Shown here: piece by piece, positions 8,631-14,548 of the stretch
Numbering within the stretch: the first letter of the stretch is position 1
Layout: each line of letters opens with the position of its first letter
NCBI RefSeq assembly: GCF_000424265.1
Contig: NZ_AUJO01000002.1
Span: 21,289-45,288 of the forward strand
Length of the DNA: 24,000 nucleotides
Origin: Butyrivibrio sp. WCD3002
GTDB taxonomy: Bacteria > Bacillota > Clostridia > Lachnospirales > Lachnospiraceae
Reading direction: 5' to 3'
Program-made: the position numbers and the translations under genes
Notes under the pieces: model-generated
Told to the model about the DNA's origin: nothing
Database searches by the model: none
The model's input: only the letters and a program-made list of their open reading frames with translations

Positions 8631-8667
8631 TATGACACATTATGACATTGTCATAGCATGTCATAAT
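8631..8667. repeat. Left copy of a perfect 37-bp inverted repeat (TATGACA-cat-TATGACA-t-TGTCATA-gca-TGTCATA-at)
   Basis: tatgacacattatgacattgtcatagcatgtcataat. Its exact reverse complement lies at 9842-9878, including the asymmetric spacers. Confidence 0.9.
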
Positions 8668-8781
8668 CCGATATTTATGCATATTTCAACAATTAAAAGA
8701 AAATGTGTGTTGAAACAGAAATTATTTATGATAACACAATTTGCATGTAATTTTCAGTGGAAGTATGTAGATAATTAGTAT

Positions 8782-8822
8782 AAAAAATTCCCACTTCACG
8801 GATTTTATCCGCAGAGTGGGGG
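8782..8822 (-). terminator. Intrinsic terminator of the Big_2/hydrolase gene
   Basis: On the minus strand a 14-bp stem (cccac...gtggg, with one mismatch and two G-U pairs, 3-nt loop) is followed by AATTTTTTA. It starts about 10 nt after the stop at 8832-8834. Confidence 0.65.
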
Positions 8823-8831
8823 ATGAGTTTG

Positions 8832-9710
8832 TTATTCATATCTAGTTGCAATCCATTTTAAAGGATAAGAACCAACGGGTACGAATTCAGTATCACTTTG
8901 CTGAAGCCAGGAGGCTAATATTGTTGCTGATGTTATTTTATATTGTCTGCCCCATGCAACAGTACCGCCAACGTTTCCGTCCGCTGTTGTGACTATATCT
9001 CCATTTCGTGCAATAACTATTCCAGCATGAGGTCCAGCAGGTCCTACATAACCCACAACATCGCCAATCTTGATGTCGTATAGATTGTTGTGTCTGCGGA
9101 TGGGCGCTGTCACACCAAATACTGTGTCCTGAAGAAGCGCAGCAAATGCGCCACAAGCTACACATCTCTCATTGGTCGCTTCCCAAAAATATGTTTTATC
9201 CATACCCCAGGGTGTTCCATCAGGATACTGGGATTTCAGTGCCATAATTTTTGCCTGAGCTTCAGCTTCTGTGAGCTGAACAATTTCTTCTTTATCTGTT
9301 TCATATCCGCAGACTTTGCATTTCTTGCATTTGTATGCGCCATGTTCTGATGTTGCAGGAATAGTTGTTTCTACATATTTGTGCCGCTTGCAAAAGACTG
9401 AAAGCTGACACTTGTAGGTCTTGCCACCTACTTTAGCCTTGATGGTTGTCTTACCAGGCTTCTTGCCAGTTACGACACCCTTGTTTGAAACAGTGGCGAT
9501 CTTCTTTTTGGAAGAAGACCATTTGACTTTAGCGCCTTTAGCACCTTTGATTTTGAGCTTTGTGGTCTTTCCTACCTTGACTGATGCTTCTGTCTTGTTG
9601 AGTTTCACGGCAGCTTCAGCTGTTACGGGATTCATGATGCTGAGTGTGAGCGTGAGCATCAGGACAGAGAAGAGGCAGGAAAGCAGTGATTTGTTGTTTG
9701 CCTTTTTCAT
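8832..9710 (-). CDS. Secreted Big_2 domain / Cys-knuckle / papain-fold (NlpC-P60/CHAP-like) putative peptidoglycan hydrolase
   Basis: The RBS is GGAG, 9 nt before the ATG. Signal peptide: MKKANNKSLLSCLFSVLMLTLTLSIMNPVTAEA. Big_2-like segment: VKLNKTEASVKVGKTTKLKIKG...IATVSNKGVVTGKKPGKTTIKAKV. Cys cluster: CKRHK...CKKCKVCG. The C-terminal part has a candidate nucleophile Cys (ERCVACGAF) and a His (GPHAGIVIA) with GD/ADGN spacing, as in NlpC/P60-CHAP enzymes. Confidence 0.6.
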   Translation of the reverse strand: MKKANNKSLLSCLFSVLMLTLTLSIMNPVTAEAAVKLNKTEASVKVGKTTKLKIKGAKGAKVKWSSSKKKIATVSNKGVVTGKKPGKTTIKAKVGGKTYKCQLSVFCKRHKYVETTIPATSEHGAYKCKKCKVCGYETDKEEIVQLTEAEAQAKIMALKSQYPDGTPWGMDKTYFWEATNERCVACGAFAALLQDTVFGVTAPIRRHNNLYDIKIGDVVGYVGPAGPHAGIVIARNGDIVTTADGNVGGTVAWGRQYKITSATILASWLQQSDTEFVPVGSYPLKWIATRYE

Positions 9711-9788
9711 TGGTTATTTCTCCTTACATTCTGACAAGCAAACGTTGCTTATCAAAATTATATTTATCTTATTATTTTTATCTATATA

Positions 9789-9828
9789 AAAAGTAACCCA
9801 TTCCGGTGCTTCTTTTGGGTTACTTTTT
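9789..9828. terminator. 12-bp perfect hairpin with A/T-runs on both sides (possible bidirectional terminator/insulator)
   Basis: aaaagtaaccca (9789-9800) pairs with tgggttactttt (9816-9827) across a 15-nt loop. It lies between the right inverted repeat and the promoter region of the 9710 gene. Confidence 0.45.
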
Positions 9829-9841
9829 CATGATCAATGTC

Positions 9842-9878
9842 ATTATGACATGCTATGACAATGTCATAATGTGTCATA
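9842..9878. repeat. Right copy of the perfect 37-bp inverted repeat
   Basis: attatgacatgctatgacaatgtcataatgtgtcata is the exact reverse complement of 8631-8667. Confidence 0.9.
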
Positions 9879-10253
9879 CCAGAATAAGCAGCCCATACAG
9901 GTATATCCAAAGGGGTTACTTTTAAATAATTAACCCATATAGGGACACTAAAGGGGCTACTTATAATAAATAGCCCCTTTGGAGACCCTCATGTTGCATT
10001 ATTATATCACAGCGACAAGAATTAATAAATGCACGTCTTAACTTAATACAATGCATACCTTAATTTATATAGGTCCGTTAATTTATTTTTGATAGAGAAA
10101 CTTTTTATATTTGCATTTGTTATCCGGGCTACTTAGTGCACAATGAAGAAACTTTAGATAAATATGTTTACCACAATAAAATATTATTCTTGTACCAATG
10201 GTGCAGTCACCCATATAATAGAATGCGACATCAAATTAAGGAATGTAACATAA

Positions 10254-10712
10254 ATGAAAAGATGTACAGAATTATCAGTCGAGCAAATACTTAAAGAAAA
10301 GTGCATATCAATTGGAACAATCCCAAAAGAGATTGCAGAATTCATTACAACTAAAAAGCCTGATCTTCATATAGATACTACGTCAGAAATATCATTTTGG
10401 GATAATCGTATTACACATACTGAAAATCATAAAGATGATTTTATGTCCGATATAATGTATGACGATTGTTTCAGGTCAATTCCTGACTTCATCAAGAATC
10501 CTGATGTAATAAGTATAAAGAAAGACAACAGCAGCATTTCGTTTATTAAAAGGTTGACACAGGATATAAGTGTTGTTGTCAGGATCACTAACAAAGGAAC
10601 GTATTCTTATCGTACAATGTATCCGCTTATGTCAGCGCAGCTAGATAAATATCTAGCAGATGGCACAGCATGGGAATATCCCAAAAACGATATTGACTCA
10701 GAGAATGAATAG
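10254..10712 (+). CDS. Hypothetical protein; possibly a PBECR-type (phage Barnase-EndoU-ColicinE5/D-RelE-like) nuclease-fold protein
   Basis: 152-aa ORF with a weak RBS (AAGGAA, 10 nt upstream). A candidate promoter is TTGTAC-N18-TATAAT at 10190-10219. The motifs FWDNRITHTENHKDDF, then IPDFIKNPDVI, then a beta-rich tail resemble my recollection of PBECR domains. This is not verified. Confidence 0.4.
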   Translation: MKRCTELSVEQILKEKCISIGTIPKEIAEFITTKKPDLHIDTTSEISFWDNRITHTENHKDDFMSDIMYDDCFRSIPDFIKNPDVISIKKDNSSISFIKRLTQDISVVVRITNKGTYSYRTMYPLMSAQLDKYLADGTAWEYPKNDIDSENE

Positions 10713-10720
10713 GTTATAAT
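10693..10720 (+). promoter_or_regulatory. Near-consensus sigma-A promoter firing into a non-coding region
   Basis: TTGACT (10693-10698), a 16-nt spacer, then TATAAT (10715-10720). The -35 lies in the last codons of the upstream gene. No credible ORF follows for about 800 nt. Confidence 0.45.
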
Positions 10721-11103
10721 AAAATTACCAAGAGATAGAAGCTGAGGACGGAACAGGCAGCCGTCGCGCCCTTGTGGTCTTAAAATGAGATGCTGGATTG
10801 CCACCCAGCCTCTTCTATCTTAACGACAAAAAAGTTCCTATCTTCTGTAAATATGCAGAAAGACGAGGAGCTTTTTTGTTGCCTTTTTAACTGCTATGTT
10901 GCAATTATTATTGTTCACAAAAAATATCCATCGATATGCCAAAGGCATATTCTTATATCTTCTCTATTACATCACGGTTGTGATGTCAATTGTCTCCTTT
11001 TTTATCACGAGCGTGTGACCAACCATCCATCAGTAAGCCACACGCTGTACTGCGTTGTAACTATATATCGTCCACAATATATCTTTATTGTGATATCACC
11101 ACC

Positions 11104-11240
11104 ACTTAGAGTGCGTGACATGAGGGTGGTTCAAAACTTAGAGTCCACGATTGCTGAAACGCAGTAATACTGCCCATCTTCTCCAGAGACTTAGAGTCTC
11201 TAAGGCGACTTAGAGTTGAAAAAAGATGACGACTCTAAGT
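11104..11240. repeat. Iteron-like cluster of the 9-mer ACTTAGAGT (4 direct, 2 inverted copies)
   Basis: Direct copies lie at 11104-11112, 11136-11144, 11189-11197 and 11208-11216. An inverted full copy lies at 11232-11240, and an inverted core (ctctaag) at 11198-11204 abuts the third copy. Confidence 0.8.
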
Positions 11241-11469
11241 CACATAACGCAGACAGAATCTGGGCTTGAATAAAAAACACTCTCTGACCACATATAATGT
11301 GGTCCAAAACTAAAAGAGCATAAGAGTCAGCAACACACCCTAAAAATGCACAGCATTTTTGTGTGCTCGGCACAGCCGAGGCTGACCGTGACATTCGCTC
11401 TATTCGATGTGTATTCTGCACGTGATATTTTCCTTTTTTTCGCAACTCTAAAGCGTGCTATCTTTGTTT

Positions 11470-11488
11470 GCCCATTTTGAAAATGGGC
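11470..11488. promoter_or_regulatory. Perfect 19-bp palindrome GCCCATTTTgAAAATGGGC upstream of the DUF5688-like gene (candidate operator)
   Basis: Exact dyad. It lies about 50 nt upstream of the ATG at 11540 and next to A/T-rich -10-like hexamers. It has no flanking T-run, so it is not a terminator. Confidence 0.35.
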
Positions 11489-11539
11489 CGGTGGGAATAA
11501 TGAAACTAATAATAACATTTATCCAAAAGGAGGATAAAA

Positions 11540-12445
11540 ATGAACGCAATTACATTTAACGAAACAATCAAAACAAAAGTCTCAAACATTCTCGCTGCAA
11601 GGCATCTCGATGTAGATGTTAATGTTGAACATCTAACTAAGGCAAATGGTATTGAATATGATGCCTTAACTTTCACCGGAAAAGATATGCTTCAACCTGT
11701 GATCAATTTGAATCAGTTCTTCCATTCTTATCAGTGCCACGATTCTAATATTGATGATATTGCAAATGATATCGCAGATATATATGAAGAATCTTTCCTG
11801 CCAGATGACGATTACAAAGTAATCTTCAACTTTGAGCAGGTAAAGAATAAGATATTTCCCTGCCTGTATAACACGGCTATCAACAGCAAAATCAGTGACC
11901 AATATATTCATCGTGAATACTTAGACTTGTCAGTATATTATTATGTCACTCTACCTATCAAGAATGATGGATCTGGCACCATTCTTATCAGTAGGAAGTT
12001 GCTTGATCTCTGGAATATATCAATTGAGGAGTTGGATCAGACAGCCTTCAATAACCTTCATGTAAATAAACATCCTCAAATAACCTCTATGTATGATTTG
12101 TTCAAGGATGAAAATGATGAAAAAGATATATCATACATAGATGATCTGTCTCGCAATATGTTCATTCTTTCCTGTAAAAGTGATACCAACGGAGCTATAT
12201 ACATGACAGATACCGGAATATTAGACCAGCTTTCAAGTATGACTTCATCTGATTTAATAATTCTGCCTTCAAGCAGGCATGAGCTGATTGTCCTGCCATC
12301 ATATCTTATGAAATCACATGCTGAAATAAATGATTTCAGATCAATGGTACACGAAGTCAATTCAACTGTGCTTCGTCCTGAAGACTTCCTCTCTGACAAT
12401 GTATATTGCTATTCTGCAGAGGATCATGAACTTAATATAGCTTAA
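11540..12445 (+). CDS. DUF5688-like protein (family common on Clostridia mobile elements)
   Basis: Strong RBS: AAAGGAGG, 6 nt before the ATG. The N-terminal pattern (MNAITFNETIKTKV...VEHLTKANGIEYDALTF...PVINLNQFF) and the C-terminal LIILPSSRHELIVLP motif match my recollection of DUF5688. Function unknown. Confidence 0.55.
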   Translation: MNAITFNETIKTKVSNILAARHLDVDVNVEHLTKANGIEYDALTFTGKDMLQPVINLNQFFHSYQCHDSNIDDIANDIADIYEESFLPDDDYKVIFNFEQVKNKIFPCLYNTAINSKISDQYIHREYLDLSVYYYVTLPIKNDGSGTILISRKLLDLWNISIEELDQTAFNNLHVNKHPQITSMYDLFKDENDEKDISYIDDLSRNMFILSCKSDTNGAIYMTDTGILDQLSSMTSSDLIILPSSRHELIVLPSYLMKSHAEINDFRSMVHEVNSTVLRPEDFLSDNVYCYSAEDHELNIA

Positions 12446-12452
12446 TCCAAAA

Positions 12453-13505
12453 ATGATTGACCGAGCCTGGCGCACAGCGCTGGGCTCTGAAAGGATAATA
12501 ACAAAAATGTATAACGGAAAACTTAGACCTATAAGTTATGCAACACCATCCATTACAGATAAGGCTTACTATAAACCTGCTTTTTACAAGGATGAATTTG
12601 CTATGTACTATGACAATCATGGTGATTCTGAAGTCCTCAAAACTCCTCAAACCATATATGAATACCTTGATACGTACGTCTACGGGCATGACTACTATAA
12701 AAAGATGCTTTCTGTTTTTGTATGGAAATGCGTTAATAATCACCGACCTACCGGTGCTCTCCTAGTTGCAGGGCAATCAGGAAGTGGTAAGACAGAAATG
12801 ATCCGAGCTTTAAACGAGATATACGACAATATCTACATATGCGATGGTAGCAGCATCACGCCTCAAGGCTATAGGGGAAACAGTAAGCTTTATTCAGGAC
12901 TTCAAATGTTAGACATGACTAAGGATGCTCCTATGCCCATATGTGTTATAGATGAAGTCGATAAGCTCATTGACTGATCGCAGTCCGGATGGAATGGAAC
13001 CGGTTTGGTTGCTGAACTTTTAAAGCTCCTTGAAGGAGGCAATGTTAACATCGGTACTGAAGAAAAGCCTAAGATAATTGATACTTCAAGAATTGCCTTT
13101 ATTTTGCTTGGTTCCTTCTCTTGCCTTGATAAAAAACATGCATCTTCACCAATAGGCTTTTCTACAGAAAATAGCGAGAAAAAATCAACATCCTTAAATA
13201 GAGATGAAGTACTAGCCATGATTCCGCCTGAGCTGAAAGGTCGAATTGAGCAGACTATCATCCTGGATAACTTTAGTGAGGATGACTATTTCAAGATAAT
13301 GAAAGATGAGAGATATTCGCCCATTAAACGGATAGAGCGCGAATTTAGTATATCTATTTCCATATCCAACGAAAAAGTCAAAAAGATATCTCAGGATGCC
13401 TTTCTCAATAAAACAGGTGTCAGAAGCATGAATAATGAAATCAATGAATTTGTGAACCAGCAATTTTTTGAGAATCCTTCTGTAAAAAAGATACAGATGG
13501 ATTAA
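12453..13505 (+). pseudogene. ClpX-like AAA+ unfoldase lacking the N-terminal Zn-binding domain, interrupted by one in-frame TGA (12975-12977)
   Basis: The two track ORFs (12453-12977 and 13005-13505) are in the same frame. Read through the TGA, they align colinearly with ClpX. TPQTIYEYLDTYVYGHDYYKKMLSVFVW matches [28 protein letters not shown]. Walker A is GQSGSGKT, the pore loop is GYRG (ClpX has GYVG), and Walker B is VIDEVDK. After the stop, GLVAELLKLLEG matches GVQQALLKLIEG, DTSRIAFILLGSF matches DTSKILFICGGAF, SPIGFS is the IGF loop, IPPELKGRI matches IPEFIGRL, and KTGVRSM matches KTGARGL. The second half has no ATG start. The start of the first half is uncertain (12453 or 12507). Confidence 0.7.
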
Positions 13506-13519
13506 GGAGGCAGAATATA

Positions 13520-13876
13520 ATGGAACTTGCTTTAAAATACGATAATAACCGAATAACAGATGTTCATATCGCTCCTACCAAGGAAGAAAATGTGAAGCAG
13601 CTGTATGATCTATCTCAGGAACTACTAATAAAAAATCCAGCTGTTGAATTTGCAGATAAAGCTAAAGCGGGAAAATTCAATACCTTGTCTGAGGATGAAT
13701 ACTCATATGCCTTAGATGAAATAGCGGCTATCAATCAACTGTTCTACTGTACTGATGAGCCAAACAAACAACTAGCAGAAATTAACATTTTCCTACTGCT
13801 TGAAAGATTACTTCTTGCATATTTGAGGCATATTGAAATCTATATAAGAGATGTAAAAGTATTTAAGCGTTTGTAA
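13520..13876 (+). CDS. Hypothetical 118-aa protein, third gene of the DUF5688/ClpX-like module
   Basis: Strong RBS: AAGGAGG, 9 nt before the ATG. It starts 14 nt after the ClpX-like stop. It looks predominantly helical and acidic, with no recognised motif. Confidence 0.6.
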   Translation: MELALKYDNNRITDVHIAPTKEENVKQLYDLSQELLIKNPAVEFADKAKAGKFNTLSEDEYSYALDEIAAINQLFYCTDEPNKQLAEINIFLLLERLLLAYLRHIEIYIRDVKVFKRL

Positions 13877-14548
13877 ATCCAAAATTCATGCTTTAGCATT
13901 GTCTGTAAAATTTGGTAATTTTTACCAACAGCTGCCATATTAATATAATATATAGCGCTTTGGTTATCCTTCACGAAATTTTAGAATTGCTGTAAATATC
14001 GTTGATTTAGTATGTTCTCTATGCGTACAATTAATGTTGAGATATAAAAAAAACACTAGGAGGTATATAAATACGTCTAGGGACGACGACGGTTCCCCTT
14101 CCGCTTGATTCGCACAGGGCGGATGGATCTGCTGTAAAAAAACAGTAATAGATCTTCGCAATTGTTGATATGGCTTAGTGCTGGATGTGCCACATTAGGA
14201 CGTCGTATATTTATACGCATGTGGGAAACCGCTAATAGATATCTGAATCAGTATCTATTTTGCACAGAAACCGACAGACTAATTACATAGCCTGCTAACC
14301 ACCCGAACCAGCACAGTTGCAGAACCAAAGTGTAGTATCGCGTGTTAGTGACGCATGCTGACAATAAACCTTCTGTAGCTGTGCGTGTGTATATCAGGGT
14401 GGTTTTGTTTTGGATCCTGTTTTTTATAGGAAGGATTATTATGGCTGATAAGGATTCCATAATGCCAGAATTAGCGGAGATTGAATATTACTTTAGAATT
14501 GGAATAATACAAATTGATGACATCATGAACTCCGACAAGGAGATAATC

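Noticed and set aside
8632-8778. 48-aa plus-strand ORF starting inside the left 37-bp repeat (MTHYDIVIACHNPIF...)
   Set aside because: It has no RBS. The ATG is a by-product of the TATGACA motif, and the frame runs through A/T-rich spacer and the antisense side of a terminator.
10790-11167. 125-aa plus-strand ORF in the large non-coding region
   Set aside because: It has no RBS and starts inside the predicted RNA helix. It runs into the iteron array, and its translation is Cys/His/Ile-rich and not protein-like. I treat the region as non-coding.
11200-11518. Two overlapping minus-strand ORFs (81 aa and 63 aa)
   Set aside because: They overlap each other and the hairpin/iteron region, have no RBS, and point against the surrounding operon direction. 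They are likely chance frames in A/T-rich DNA.
12978-13020. SECIS-like element downstream of the in-frame TGA
   Set aside because: Only a 4-bp CCGG/CCGG pairing is available. There is no stable stem-loop at the expected distance, so selenocysteine insertion is not supported.
13964-14460. Minus-strand ORFs 13964-14161 and 14248-14460 upstream of int
   Set aside because: They use non-ATG or unsupported starts without RBSs. One overlaps the int start region. No motif was seen, so they were not called as an excisionase or repressor.
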